64,000 nucleotides of DNA from an uncultured Gammaproteobacteria bacterium (lineage in GTDB: Bacteria > Patescibacteriota > Microgenomatia > Levybacterales > GWA1-39-11). The position numbers and the translations under genes are program-made. Positions 47,307 to 57,611 of the stretch are shown here, piece by piece. The stretch's first letter is position 1. The number at the start of each line of letters is the position of its first letter. The stretch covers positions 53,957-117,956 of the forward strand of contig CAZEEU010000001.1 in the NCBI GenBank assembly GCA_964511305.1. Reading direction: 5' to 3'. The notes under the pieces were generated by a model that was given only the letters and a program-made list of their open reading frames with translations, was not told the DNA's origin and made no database searches.

Positions 47307-48497
47307 TTACATTCCGATCAATTTTTTTACAGCATCCCGATCGCTCCATTTGATCTCTCCGTGCCCTAAATTCATTGTCAGCTCGTGGCCTTTTCCGGTT
47401 ATTATGACGGTGTCGTCGGCTGTAGCTAGGGAAATTGCATGTGAAATTGCTTCATTTCTATCTTCTATTTCATGTACCTTTGAAAGATCAGAGATTCCAC
47501 TTTTTATCTGTGCGTTAATGTCCTGCACCGTTTCGCTTCGTGGATCCTCAGCAGTTAGCACAATGATGTCATCATAGTAAGAGGCAACCTTTCCCATCTC
47601 AGGCCTTTTGCCACGATCTCGGTCTCCTGCTGCACCAAATACATGAATGACTTTACCTTTAGTCGTCTTTCGAACTTCAGGAAGTATTACGTCAAATGAA
47701 TTTGCAGTGTGTGCAAAATCTACCATAATACGAGCATTATTTTTCGACACGAATTCCTCTTGCCTACCCGCGGGTGGTTCAAAACTTGTAATGGCACTTT
47801 CAACAGTTTTTTGATTAATTCCTAGGGCAAGCGTCGTACAAACAGCAGCTAAAATATTTTCAAGATTAAAATCTCCAATTAATTTTGTCTTTATCTGAAA
47901 AGGAATATTTATTAGGGATAAATCATTTTTATTTACTCCATGAAGAGAATAACTGACCAAGCGATCTTTCGGAATAATACTTATTGCCTTCTCAAACCAA
48001 ATACCATTACTATTTATGACCGATAATTTTGAATTCTTAAAAAGCTTTAATTTAGTATCAACGTAATTGTCATAATTTCTGTGATAGTCCAAGTGCTCGG
48101 GAGTAATATTGGTAAGGACTCCGATATCAAAATTGATTCCCCACACTCGGTGCTGATCTAACGCATGGCTTGTTACCTCAAGCACTACATGTGTACAACC
48201 TTCCTGCTTTGCGAGTTTTATGTATTTCTGGATTGCAAATGGTGAGGGGGTTGTCACATGGAATCCTGTCTCATATGTTTTGCCGTTAATTACTGCACCT
48301 AATGTTGAAATAACTGCTGTTTTTATGCCTGCTTCCATTAATATATGGTAAATAAGATTTGAAGTCGTGGTCTTACCATCCGTGCCCGTTACCCCAATAA
48401 TCGTAAGTCCTTTACTGGGGAAAAAATGAAGCGTGTTTGCGCTAACTGCTAGGGCAAAATGGGCTGTATTTTTTAACTTTCGTATATGCTGGTGCAT
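47307..48497 (-). CDS. murE: UDP-MurNAc-tripeptide synthetase
   Basis: GVTGTDGKTTT, TTP, EVTSH.L.Q.R, TNIT.EHLDYH, DFAHT, G.RD..KR..MG, EDPR.E, GKGHE. Confidence 0.92.
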   Translation of the reverse strand: MHQHIRKLKNTAHFALAVSANTLHFFPSKGLTIIGVTGTDGKTTTSNLIYHILMEAGIKTAVISTLGAVINGKTYETGFHVTTPSPFAIQKYIKLAKQEGCTHVVLEVTSHALDQHRVWGINFDIGVLTNITPEHLDYHRNYDNYVDTKLKLFKNSKLSVINSNGIWFEKAISIIPKDRLVSYSLHGVNKNDLSLINIPFQIKTKLIGDFNLENILAAVCTTLALGINQKTVESAITSFEPPAGRQEEFVSKNNARIMVDFAHTANSFDVILPEVRKTTKGKVIHVFGAAGDRDRGKRPEMGKVASYYDDIIVLTAEDPRSETVQDINAQIKSGISDLSKVHEIEDRNEAISHAISLATADDTVIITGKGHELTMNLGHGEIKWSDRDAVKKLIGM

Positions 48498-48509
48498 GAT
48501 TTTATTATA

Positions 48510-50192
48510 TTACTTTGAGGGCTCTATGTTGTAATACTGAATTAACTCACGAGCTACGGCAAAGAAGATCGGAGCAGCAGTTTCGGCGCCGTAAATTGAT
48601 GATTTTGGCTTATGAACAACAACAAGCATTGTTATTCGTGGATTCTCAGCAGGGAAAAATCCGACAAATGAGGCGTTAGTATTGGTAGGATCATAATGTC
48701 CCTCAACCGGAATTTGTGCAGTACCAGTTTTGCCGGCAACATTGTAGCCCGCAATCTTTGCAAACTGCGACTCTCCCTTTTCAACGGCATTTACCATAAC
48801 CCATGTCATAACCTTTGCGCTTGCAGGGCTTACCGCTTGAGATATCATTTGCGGCTTCATTGTTATTGTCTCATTCTCGGGTGTTATGATCTTATCAACC
48901 ACCATAGGACGCATAACCTTTCCGTCGTTAGCAAGAGCATTGACAGCAGTTATCAACTCAATCGGTGTGACAGATATTCCTTGACCAAAGCTTGCAGTTG
49001 CAAGATCAATTGGTATCCATTTCTTCTCAGGTCTTATAGGTTCTGTAACTTCTCCCTGGATATCAATTCCTGTAAGATTTCCTATTCCAAATTTCTTTAA
49101 ATAAGAAGTAAAACGTTGTATACCCAACTTCTGTCCTACGTAGACCATTCCCGTATTATCAGAATGCTGTATAACATCAGTCATTGTGGTATTTGGATAA
49201 TATTGATCATTCCAGGTCTTAATCTTGTATCCGCCTAACTCCACGGGCCCTGCGCAGACAGGGCACTTTGTGTCTGGCTTAACAAGTCCGCTATCAATCC
49301 CTGCCGCCATGACTAGCACTTTAAATGTAGAACCCGGCTCATAGAGACTTGAAACAATTGGGCTTGTGTAATATTTTCCTTCATATTCCCAATACTTTTC
49401 AGGATCAAACTTTGGATAAGACGAAGTTGCCAAAATCTTTCCTGTTTTGGACTCCATAACAATTATTGTTGCTCCTTCAGCGTCATACTTTTTCAAGCCT
49501 TGTGAAAGGGCAGTATCTGCAATGTATTGCACAGAACGATCAACAGAGGTTATAAGCGTTCTACCATCAATTTTCTTATCTTCCCGTACGTCAGTTAAGA
49601 TTGGGTTCCCTAAGGCATCTTTTATAAGATAAATACTTCCAGGTCGCCCTTTTAATTGTCTGTCGTAATAACCTTCAAGACCAAAATATCCCTGATTTTC
49701 TCCATCCTGATTTTTACCTACAAAACCAATTAAATGGGCGGCCATAGAGGCTTCCGGATAGTCACGTTCTGTTTGCTGCTCAAAACCTACAGCTGGCAAC
49801 TTAAGAGCGTCAATTTGACTCTTCTGGTCATAGGAGAGCCTACTCTGAAGGCTCACCCAATATAGATTTTGATTTAGTCTTGCAGATATTGATGCTGCAT
49901 CAACTCCTAGTATCGGGGAAAGAAGCTGTCCATAGTGATCAAATGAATCAACCTTCTTTGGATTTACATAGAGAAGATAGCTTACTTTATTTGTTGCAAT
50001 AGGAAATTTATCCTGAAAAAGAACGTCTCCTCTTTTTGCTATTGAAGCAAGAGTTAACGTACTTTGCTCTCTGCCTTCACCTCTTAAGGTATCTGCTTTT
50101 ACGACTTGCCAATAAAATAGTCGTGCTACTATCACCAAAAAACAGATTAGAAATGAGACGAATATACTTGCGAGACGACGGTCTCTTTTCAT
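48510..50192 (-). CDS. ftsI: Class B penicillin-binding protein (FtsI/PBP3)
   Basis: N-terminal TM, RG, GLE..YD..L.G, EPGSTFK, SDN, GKTGTAQ. Confidence 0.9.
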   Translation of the reverse strand: MKRDRRLASIFVSFLICFLVIVARLFYWQVVKADTLRGEGREQSTLTLASIAKRGDVLFQDKFPIATNKVSYLLYVNPKKVDSFDHYGQLLSPILGVDAASISARLNQNLYWVSLQSRLSYDQKSQIDALKLPAVGFEQQTERDYPEASMAAHLIGFVGKNQDGENQGYFGLEGYYDRQLKGRPGSIYLIKDALGNPILTDVREDKKIDGRTLITSVDRSVQYIADTALSQGLKKYDAEGATIIVMESKTGKILATSSYPKFDPEKYWEYEGKYYTSPIVSSLYEPGSTFKVLVMAAGIDSGLVKPDTKCPVCAGPVELGGYKIKTWNDQYYPNTTMTDVIQHSDNTGMVYVGQKLGIQRFTSYLKKFGIGNLTGIDIQGEVTEPIRPEKKWIPIDLATASFGQGISVTPIELITAVNALANDGKVMRPMVVDKIITPENETITMKPQMISQAVSPASAKVMTWVMVNAVEKGESQFAKIAGYNVAGKTGTAQIPVEGHYDPTNTNASFVGFFPAENPRITMLVVVHKPKSSIYGAETAAPIFFAVARELIQYYNIEPSK

Positions 50193-50482
50193 TGGTTATA
50201 CGACAAGAATGACTTTCGAAGAGAAATATATGCTGGCCCTTCTACGAAGCCTAGGACTGCGGCTTTACCTGATATGACTTCAAATGAGGTCTGCGCAAGC
50301 ACCTTTGAATTGAGGATGTGATTCTCCTCATCAAGTTTGGCGATATTTGACTGAATCTTTTTTACCATAACACTATCTGATGCTAATTTTTGTGACAAAT
50401 GGATACTTAAAAGCTCAAGTCCAATAGTCAAAAGCAGAAGTACTGCAACTGGCAAATATAATTTTTTATGCATATTTCTCAA
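50189..50482 (-). CDS. FtsL-like protein
   Basis: Single TM, coiled coil and A..LGF; lies between rsmH and ftsI. Confidence 0.7.
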   Translation of the reverse strand: MRNMHKKLYLPVAVLLLLTIGLELLSIHLSQKLASDSVMVKKIQSNIAKLDEENHILNSKVLAQTSFEVISGKAAVLGFVEGPAYISLRKSFLSYNQ

Positions 50483-51350
50483 ACACTCTAAGCTTTGCGC
50501 TCCTTGAGCGCCTATTTTTAATACTTTCTTGATACCCGGCTGTCAGTGGCTTTTTCGTAATGGCTACTCCTAAATTAAGTCTTCTAAAACGTTCAAAGAC
50601 TTGCTTCGTAATTCTGTCCTCTAAAGAATGGAACGAGATAACTGCAATCCTTCCTCCTGGTTTTAGCAAAGTAACCGAATCCTCAATTCCCTTTTTCGCT
50701 GCTTCGAGTTCTCCGTTAACTTCTATTCTTATTGCCTGAAAAACTCTTGTTGCTGGATGAATTGCCTCACTCTTATGCCCTACTCTTTCTATAATTGATG
50801 CTAATTCTTTGGTTGTCTCAATCTCCTTTTTTTTACGATGAAATGCTATTTCCTGTGCAATTTTTTTAGCATTATGTTCTTCCCCATACCTCACAAAAAT
50901 ATCGGTAAGTTCGTCTGGGGAATACTTATTTACAACCTCGTAAGCTGAAAGAGGGTTTTCTCTATCCATCCTCATGTCTAATTTCTCATCTTTCTTGATA
51001 CTAAATCCTCGTGCAGCCGCATCTAGTTGATAGCTTGAGACTCCAAGGTCAAATAATATTCCATCAACCGGTGCAAAATTATTGTTCTCAACCAAGGCTT
51101 TGATGTCTCTGAAATTTCCCTTTACCAACGTGAGCTTTTTTTCTTTTATAGCTGCTTTTTGGCTTTCACCTACATAATCCAATGCGTCTTGATCCTGATC
51201 GATTCCGAGAACAATCCCTCCATTTTGAATAATAAGCTTAGTATGCCCTCCGCCCCCAAGTGTTGCGTCTACAATTTTTCCTCCGGTTCTTACCTGAAGG
51301 GCATCTATAGTTTCTGTTAGTAATACGGGTGTATGTGAAAAGTTGTTCAT
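50466..51350 (-). CDS. rsmH: 16S rRNA m4C1402 methyltransferase
   Basis: H.PVLL.E, DATLGGGGH, DLGVSS.QLD, LDMRMD, FQAIRIEVN, SFHSLEDR, RSAKLR. Confidence 0.97.
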   Translation of the reverse strand: MNNFSHTPVLLTETIDALQVRTGGKIVDATLGGGGHTKLIIQNGGIVLGIDQDQDALDYVGESQKAAIKEKKLTLVKGNFRDIKALVENNNFAPVDGILFDLGVSSYQLDAAARGFSIKKDEKLDMRMDRENPLSAYEVVNKYSPDELTDIFVRYGEEHNAKKIAQEIAFHRKKKEIETTKELASIIERVGHKSEAIHPATRVFQAIRIEVNGELEAAKKGIEDSVTLLKPGGRIAVISFHSLEDRITKQVFERFRRLNLGVAITKKPLTAGYQESIKNRRSRSAKLRVFEKYA

Positions 51351-51787
51351 TATTTTGTGATTTTTTGATAAGCCTTTTCGGCAGTCGTCCTTATTTGTAT
51401 TTGATTGAGAGCTCTGTAACTGTTGTATATTTCCTCATCCCATAACGATATGTGCCACAGACCTCCAACAAAGATTGCGTTCTTTCCAATTTTTGCGTGT
51501 TCTTTTAAGAATGGTGGGATGACAAATCGTCCCTCGCTATCCAATTCAACCTCAAATGTCCCTCCATATATGTATCTTTCAAGATCTCTTACTTCAGAGA
51601 GCAAGAAAGAATTTTCTTTGAAAATGTTAGTTGTAAATTTTTCCCATTCATTCTTTCCTAAAACCAAAAGCGAATTCTCAAACCAATTTGTTATAAAAAG
51701 TGAATCTCCGGTTAATTCCCTGAATTTAGATGGAAATGAAATCCTATTTTTATCTCTTAGTCTTACGCTGTATGAACCCAAAAACAT
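51350..51787 (-). CDS. mraZ: Transcriptional regulator MraZ
   Basis: MFLG.Y, D..NRI..P.KFR, LDSEGR..IP..LK.HA; first gene of the dcw cluster. Confidence 0.9.
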   Translation of the reverse strand: MFLGSYSVRLRDKNRISFPSKFRELTGDSLFITNWFENSLLVLGKNEWEKFTTNIFKENSFLLSEVRDLERYIYGGTFEVELDSEGRFVIPPFLKEHAKIGKNAIFVGGLWHISLWDEEIYNSYRALNQIQIRTTAEKAYQKITK

Positions 51788-51810
51788 GAAGTCATTATAC
51801 TATATCTTTG

Positions 51811-51884
51811 GATATCATTTCCGCCACTAATCGCCACTTTTTAAGGTACTTACTAGTTTTACAGGACTTTTCACGCGGTGTCAA
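51811..51884 (-). promoter_or_regulatory. mraZ promoter with putative MraZ boxes
   Basis: TTGACA-17-TAAAAC (51884-51856), then AAAGTGGCGA-TTAGTGGCGG with a 10-bp period. Confidence 0.6.
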
Positions 51885-51999
51885 GTGAGATTTTCATGCT
51901 ACTTGAGCTGAAAATCTTCTTATAAAACAAGCAAGATTTTTGAACCAATTTTCGTGAAATATATTTGACATTCAACCTTAAGCCGAGTATAAATGGGGC

Positions 52000-52368
52000 A
52001 TGTTAAATGTCGATGCCTCTGAACCACTATCGCCTGAAGAGGCGCTTTACACAAATGCGCTTGGAATTCTCAATGCTGAGGGAAGGCAGATAGGAGAAAG
52101 AAATCTAAATTGTAAGGTTCCAATACCTGAAAGTGACGCAATACTAGTACTTCAGGTCAAAGAACGCGATATGCACGGAAGTTCGATAGTCAGAGTTTTA
52201 CAAAAAGGAAAAGCTGAATTTATAAATATACAGGCCGACGGGTCAACGATTGAATTTGAGCTAGGTAATGGAGGCTTCAGGCTCAGTCCTGCAACGCCGT
52301 CTCTAATTGGTGAAATGTCTGCTTTGGTGGGTGCGGCTTCTGAAAAATTATTCGGAGATAAGGTCTAG
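52000..52368 (+). CDS. Hypothetical protein
   Basis: 122 aa; TTGACA-17-TATAAA lies 6 nt upstream of the ATG. Confidence 0.55.
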   Translation: MLNVDASEPLSPEEALYTNALGILNAEGRQIGERNLNCKVPIPESDAILVLQVKERDMHGSSIVRVLQKGKAEFINIQADGSTIEFELGNGGFRLSPATPSLIGEMSALVGAASEKLFGDKV

Positions 52369-52836
52369 ATCTTTCTTCACGATTCCTGTTTGGCCATCTT
52401 TCAAATTAAGCCTTATTATAAAAGATATTTTCTTAACCCCTTTATCGTATTTACACTTACCAGCGCTACAAGTACCAATTGTTATTGATCTCTTAATTGA
52501 AGTTTCGCCTGGATTTATTTCACCTGATCCAATTGCTCCTCTTGGAACGACTTCACCCTCAACTTCAGCATCATAATTCATTTCATATTCAAAGGAATTA
52601 AATTTGCTTACGTCAGTTATCTCCATAACAACTTCAGTCGCGTCAGCACTTGGTGAAAGCTTAAGTCCAATATCTTCAGGCTTTATGGTTACAGCCTGCT
52701 CCTCAACAGACTCTGGAGTTCCAGCCTGCTCAGCCTTCTTAGAGTTATTAAAGAAAATAAAACCTACTATAGCAACAACAATAACTACAGCTCCAATACC
52801 AAGAAGCGCTAACTTATTTTGCATGAGATTTTTCAT
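52348..52836 (-). CDS. Hypothetical membrane-anchored beta-rich protein with GTCSxGxCxYD motif
   Basis: N-terminal TM, Cys pair, extended -10 TGtTAGAAT. Confidence 0.7.
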   Translation of the reverse strand: MKNLMQNKLALLGIGAVVIVVAIVGFIFFNNSKKAEQAGTPESVEEQAVTIKPEDIGLKLSPSADATEVVMEITDVSKFNSFEYEMNYDAEVEGEVVPRGAIGSGEINPGETSIKRSITIGTCSAGKCKYDKGVKKISFIIRLNLKDGQTGIVKKDLDLISE

Positions 52837-52871
52837 TTCTAATCAATTCTAACAGTAGGAAAAAACCTAAG

Positions 52872-54326
52872 TCAAGCTATCAGCTTTTGAGCGAGAAAAT
52901 CACGAAGTGCACTTACTTTAATGCGTTGCTGCTCCATAGTATCGCGGTCTCTTATAGTCACTGTATCATCCTCCAGACTATCAAAATCTACAGTTATGCA
53001 GTATGGAGTTCCAATTTCGTCTTGTGCCAAATATCTCTTACCAATATTTCCGCGTGAGTCGAAATTGACATAAAAGCTCTGTGAAAGATCGTTGTAGATT
53101 TCCTCTGCCTTTGCCATAAGTTCTGGCTTATTGGCAAGCAATGGAAAAATCGCTGCTTTGAATGGGGCAAGTTTTGGAGAAAGCTTCAAAACAGTCCTAT
53201 TCTCCTCCTCCACATATGCGTCTGCCAAAGCCATAAGAAATATTCTATTTATTCCAACAGCAGGCTCAATAACGTGCGGAAGGACCTTATTCCCAGTCTG
53301 GCTATCAACTACCTTTAGGTCTTTACCAGAACCCTTTTCGTGCTGAGAAAGATCATAGTCAGTTCTGTAGGCAAGTCCCCACAATTCCTTAAAACCAAAT
53401 GGAAATTTATACTCAAGATCTTCTGTTCTCTTGCTATAAAAAGAGCGCTCTTCGTCGGTATGCTCACGCCATCTAAGATTTTCAGATCTAATCCCAATTG
53501 TTTTTGTAACAAATTCCCACATAGACTTCTTCCAGCCTTCAAATAACTCTTCCCAATCTGATTCTTTTGGATCAAAGAAGTATTCTATTTCTCCCTGCTC
53601 GAATTCAAGAGTTCTAAATACAGAATTTCCCGGGGTTATCTCATTTCTAAAACTTTTTCCAAGCTGCGCTATTCCAAAAGGAAGCTTAACTCTATTTGAC
53701 TCCAAAACATTTTTAAAATTAATGAACATTCCCTGCGCTGTTTCTCCCCGCAAATACGCAAGACTTTGATCCCCCTCAACAATACCCATATGTACGGGGA
53801 ATAAGAGGTTAAATTTTCTTATATTTGTCCAGTCAAGCTTTCCGCAATTTGGACAATGCAACTTAAAGACATTAACAAACTCATCCATTTTTGCCTCATT
53901 CCACCCCTCAACCTTGAGTGAAGATAAAGCATCAGCTAATTCTTTCTTGCTGATTTTTTCTGTCTTAACAGATTCAGTAGTAGCATTTTTTGCATTTTTT
54001 TCAAGCCAGTCCTCGATTAAATGATCTGCCCTCATCCTAAGCTTACAGTTCTTGCAATCAATCAGAGCATCCGCAAAACCGGCCGTATGACCTGAAGACT
54101 TCCAAACCTCCTGATGAGAAATAAGAGAAGCATCAAGGCCTACTATATCGCGTCTCCTATGAACAAAATTCTCCCACCATAGAGTCCTGACGTTGCGCAT
54201 TAACTCCGCGCCAACTGGTCCGTAGTCATATGTATTTGCAACCCCCCCATATATTTCAGATCCGGGATATATAAAACCACGACGCTTCGCAAGAGCAACA
54301 ATTTTTTGTAGGGAATTATTTTCCAT
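52872..54326 (-). CDS. glyQS: Glycine--tRNA ligase, alpha2 type
   Basis: KRRGF...SEIYGG, DYGP.G, YLRGETAQG, GKSFRNEITP, EP..G..R, QDEIGTP.C.T.D. Confidence 0.96.
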   Translation of the reverse strand: MENNSLQKIVALAKRRGFIYPGSEIYGGVANTYDYGPVGAELMRNVRTLWWENFVHRRRDIVGLDASLISHQEVWKSSGHTAGFADALIDCKNCKLRMRADHLIEDWLEKNAKNATTESVKTEKISKKELADALSSLKVEGWNEAKMDEFVNVFKLHCPNCGKLDWTNIRKFNLLFPVHMGIVEGDQSLAYLRGETAQGMFINFKNVLESNRVKLPFGIAQLGKSFRNEITPGNSVFRTLEFEQGEIEYFFDPKESDWEELFEGWKKSMWEFVTKTIGIRSENLRWREHTDEERSFYSKRTEDLEYKFPFGFKELWGLAYRTDYDLSQHEKGSGKDLKVVDSQTGNKVLPHVIEPAVGINRIFLMALADAYVEEENRTVLKLSPKLAPFKAAIFPLLANKPELMAKAEEIYNDLSQSFYVNFDSRGNIGKRYLAQDEIGTPYCITVDFDSLEDDTVTIRDRDTMEQQRIKVSALRDFLAQKLIA

Positions 54327-54353
54327 TTGAGGCTATTGTATCACAGAAACACT

Positions 54354-54887
54354 TTAGGAGAAATTACCAATTATGCGAGATTTCATCTTTCGCTCAATTA
54401 GACTTTCTATAAATAGGCGAGATTCTTCTTCGGTATTAAATTTCTTCTCAACGTTCCAGTATCCCAGGGTTGAGAGTATTTGGGTCTCAAATTCCAAAAG
54501 TGCCTCATCGCTATGTGCGCCTCTTTTTAAGAAAGTTACAACAATCGAAAAAAGCTCAGGACTTACTTGACCATGAGGACATAGATTATCGATCAACTCA
54601 CATACAAAAAAGGCTATTTCGCATTGCTTAAGGTCAGCCTTTCTTCCTTCGTATGAGTCAACTAGCTCTACCTCCGTAAGAATAAAATTTTTGGAAGTCT
54701 TTACTGAATGAAAACGTACTAAATTAAGAAGCTCTATGTGCGATGATCTTTTGCTGGTAATTTTTCTGACCCCTTTTGCCAAAACCTCTACCTTGCCATT
54801 ATTTTGAGTAAAAATAGTAACAAATCTATCTGCTTCGCCTAGATTGACACGGCGAATAACAAAACCAATATCGTGAAGGTATGTCAT
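54354..54887 (-). CDS. recO: DNA repair protein RecO (short)
   Basis: G.VIR...LGEADR.VT.FT...GK...AKGVRK..S; FE..IL..LGY. ATG 54887 is preferred. Confidence 0.88.
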   Translation of the reverse strand: MTYLHDIGFVIRRVNLGEADRFVTIFTQNNGKVEVLAKGVRKITSKRSSHIELLNLVRFHSVKTSKNFILTEVELVDSYEGRKADLKQCEIAFFVCELIDNLCPHGQVSPELFSIVVTFLKRGAHSDEALLEFETQILSTLGYWNVEKKFNTEEESRLFIESLIERKMKSRIIGNFS

Positions 54888-54894
54888 ATAGAAA

Positions 54895-56847
54895 CTAGAA
54901 TCCTGAAAGGTTGAGCTTTTTATCAGCTCTGAGGTCAAAGGTTTCAGACTTCTTACCGTTTACTGTAATTGCTGTTGGAATATTATCTACGCCTGGCTGC
55001 TTCTGTATATAAACAGGAAGTGTATTGTCAGTTGTCTTGAAAGGCAACGTGTACTCGTAGGTCATTGAAGCTTTTCCAAGTGGATTTACTGTAAAAAATG
55101 CGTCAAATACAGTCTTGCCAAGATCTTCAGACGTACCAACCTTTACTTGAGAGCCTTTAGAAGTATCCAAAACGCTTCCCTTTGGAACTAAAATTCTCTG
55201 ATAGTTACGAAGAGTTGCATTCAAACAAAGTCCTCCTCGTTCTAAATTACAATCTGAGTAAGGCATAGGGTTCTTATATTCAATTGTAACTTTCTTTTTA
55301 ATCTCTCCATTATTGACTGTGTAGTCGATAGTTAGTGTCTTTTTAACAAAGAGGTTTGATTTTTGTCCTCCAAAATTAGCATCATTTATATACATGTAGT
55401 CTCCATTAAAGTCGCTTACTCGACCCGCCCAATTAAGTGCCTCTATGCCCTTCTGTGCTTCCTTATCATATAAATGGAACATTATATTTTTTTCATTAGC
55501 ATCAACTATAAATTGTTGGAAAAGTTGACCCCAATAAAGCTTAGGTGAAGACTTAAGAGCCTTATCAAGAGTTGCAAACATTAGATCTCCAATAAGACCT
55601 TTTCTATTCGTCTTAACGTAATTTACCGGACGTGAGATTTCATTTTCAAGTGTATATACAACTGATGGACAATTACATTTCGGTTCATTATCGGCAGTAA
55701 ATTTAAGACCGGACGCATCTACTTCGCCAAGAATTCTTATAATATTGACAAAAAAGTGCGTATTGATTGCAATAATTCCATCAACATCATTCTTCAGAGA
55801 AGATTTTTCATAAAGGGATTCAAAATCTTTCATAGCAACCACAAAGTCAGGGGAAAGGTTGCTATCTCGGATAAATGCGCTTTTAACACTTGGGAAGTAT
55901 TGTTTAATGATTGCAGAAGGTGCAGGGTGTGAAGAAATACTGTTATCTAAATTGTAGATGTCTGAAGAACTGTCTACCTTGATATCTCCCTCTTCTACTC
56001 TAAAAATAGCATAATAGGTCAAAAATCCTCCGGTTGGTCTCAACTCAGCATCATTTTGAAATAATAATAGATATTTCTTTCCTTCTTTTTCTCCCAAAAG
56101 TGAAGGCAAAGATTTAATAAGAGGCTTTCCCTGACCAACCGCAATAACTGCACCATTGGTGATATCTTTTACTTGCTGTAACTGCTCGCGAACTTTCTTT
56201 AATTTTCCAATGGGAGGATAGTGAGCTGGGTCAACTTGATCAATTTCTTTTTGAGCACTCACCAATTCTTTTTCGATATTGTCTATCTGAGGAACAACTT
56301 TACCCATAGTCTGGACAGCAGTTCTTATCCTATCCTGAGCTGTACCTCCTGTGAAAGTGCCTTTCCCTTTAAGACCGAGCACATCAACATAAGGAATAAG
56401 TGCATCAGCACCAATAATACCTGCATTAATTCCGTAGGTAGATGCTTTAACTAAATGGTCTACGTCATTAAAGTAACCATTTGCGAGTGGAACAAATTTA
56501 AGAAAAGCCAATCCTTGAAGTTCTTTTTCCAGGCTTGCTACTTCAATCTTTGTCTTTGCCAATTCCTCTCTACCCCCAGCAATGTCTTGAGTCTTCAATT
56601 TTGCGAAAGCAACACTTGCCTGAACCTTAGTCTTCATTGCCTGCTTATAAACCCCGAACGTCTTAAATCCCACAAACGCACCAACGATAATAAGAATGGC
56701 AAGAACTATACCGCCACCCATCAGGAGTTTTTTATTTTTAAAAGCGAACTTTTTTTTCTTTCTCATAACTCGATCTTCCATCGGCGCAGGTGTTACTGCG
56801 TCTTCTCGTGAATTTAAATCAATTTTCTGAAATCCCTTATCTTCCAT
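54895..56847 (-). CDS. DUF4012 domain membrane-anchored protein
   Basis: YLLLFQN.AELRPTGGF, RDSNLSPDF, DGIIAI, N.GG.KSN, QKQPG. Confidence 0.85.
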   Translation of the reverse strand: MEDKGFQKIDLNSREDAVTPAPMEDRVMRKKKKFAFKNKKLLMGGGIVLAILIIVGAFVGFKTFGVYKQAMKTKVQASVAFAKLKTQDIAGGREELAKTKIEVASLEKELQGLAFLKFVPLANGYFNDVDHLVKASTYGINAGIIGADALIPYVDVLGLKGKGTFTGGTAQDRIRTAVQTMGKVVPQIDNIEKELVSAQKEIDQVDPAHYPPIGKLKKVREQLQQVKDITNGAVIAVGQGKPLIKSLPSLLGEKEGKKYLLLFQNDAELRPTGGFLTYYAIFRVEEGDIKVDSSSDIYNLDNSISSHPAPSAIIKQYFPSVKSAFIRDSNLSPDFVVAMKDFESLYEKSSLKNDVDGIIAINTHFFVNIIRILGEVDASGLKFTADNEPKCNCPSVVYTLENEISRPVNYVKTNRKGLIGDLMFATLDKALKSSPKLYWGQLFQQFIVDANEKNIMFHLYDKEAQKGIEALNWAGRVSDFNGDYMYINDANFGGQKSNLFVKKTLTIDYTVNNGEIKKKVTIEYKNPMPYSDCNLERGGLCLNATLRNYQRILVPKGSVLDTSKGSQVKVGTSEDLGKTVFDAFFTVNPLGKASMTYEYTLPFKTTDNTLPVYIQKQPGVDNIPTAITVNGKKSETFDLRADKKLNLSGF

Positions 56848-56970
56848 GCTTATTAAAATACAGTTAATTTAAACATATTTTGAAAGTTGATTGCAAGGCA
56901 AGGGTGTTATCATGAAGCACACAGATTCAAGCTATTATAACGCTTCAAGCAACTAAAGTCATTTATTGCA

Positions 56971-57609
56971 TCACATGGCCCCTTTTCCAGAGAACATTGC
57001 TTTGGGTGTTTTTAGGATAAGAATAATGTCATAGATGATAGAACGCTTCTTTGCATAGTGTGCATCAAGTTGTATTCTTTTATCAAAATTTATATCGCTC
57101 CTACCTGAAACTTGCCAAACGCCCGTTATGCCAGGTTTTACGGAAAGCACAATTTTTACAGCATCCCGAGTATGTGGGTATTTTTTCTGCTGGTCACGAA
57201 GTTCGTCTTGATAATAAGCTCTCGGACCTACAACACTCATATCTCCCCGCAATACATTTACAAATTGAGGGATCTCATCAAGAGAATATTTTCGTATAAA
57301 TCTACCTACAGGAGTTATTCTTGGGTCACCCTTAAGCTTGTACCCTCCCTTTTTGTATTCGTCCAAAAGACTCTTGTATTTAGGATCAGAAGTTAACATT
57401 CCGTGTGCATTTGCCACCATCGAGCGAAATTTATACATTCTAAAAGAGTCTCCCCCTTCACCAACGCGAGGTGGAGTATCGGCAAGTAGTGGACCTTTTG
57501 TATTGATCTTGATTGCTATAGCTGTAAGAAGAATAACGGGGGAGAATATTATAAGTGCAACCACCGAGATAAGAATATCAAGCAGGCGTTTTGACACATC
57601 ATACATCAT
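56971..57609 (-). CDS. Initiating phosphoglycosyltransferase (Bac_transf, WcaJ/EpsL-like)
   Basis: KRLLDI, YKFRSM, DPRIT.VG.FIRK.SLDE.PQ, PGITG.WQVSGRS. Confidence 0.93.
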   Translation of the reverse strand: MMYDVSKRLLDILISVVALIIFSPVILLTAIAIKINTKGPLLADTPPRVGEGGDSFRMYKFRSMVANAHGMLTSDPKYKSLLDEYKKGGYKLKGDPRITPVGRFIRKYSLDEIPQFVNVLRGDMSVVGPRAYYQDELRDQQKKYPHTRDAVKIVLSVKPGITGVWQVSGRSDINFDKRIQLDAHYAKKRSIIYDIILILKTPKAMFSGKGAM

Positions 57610-57611
57610 AA

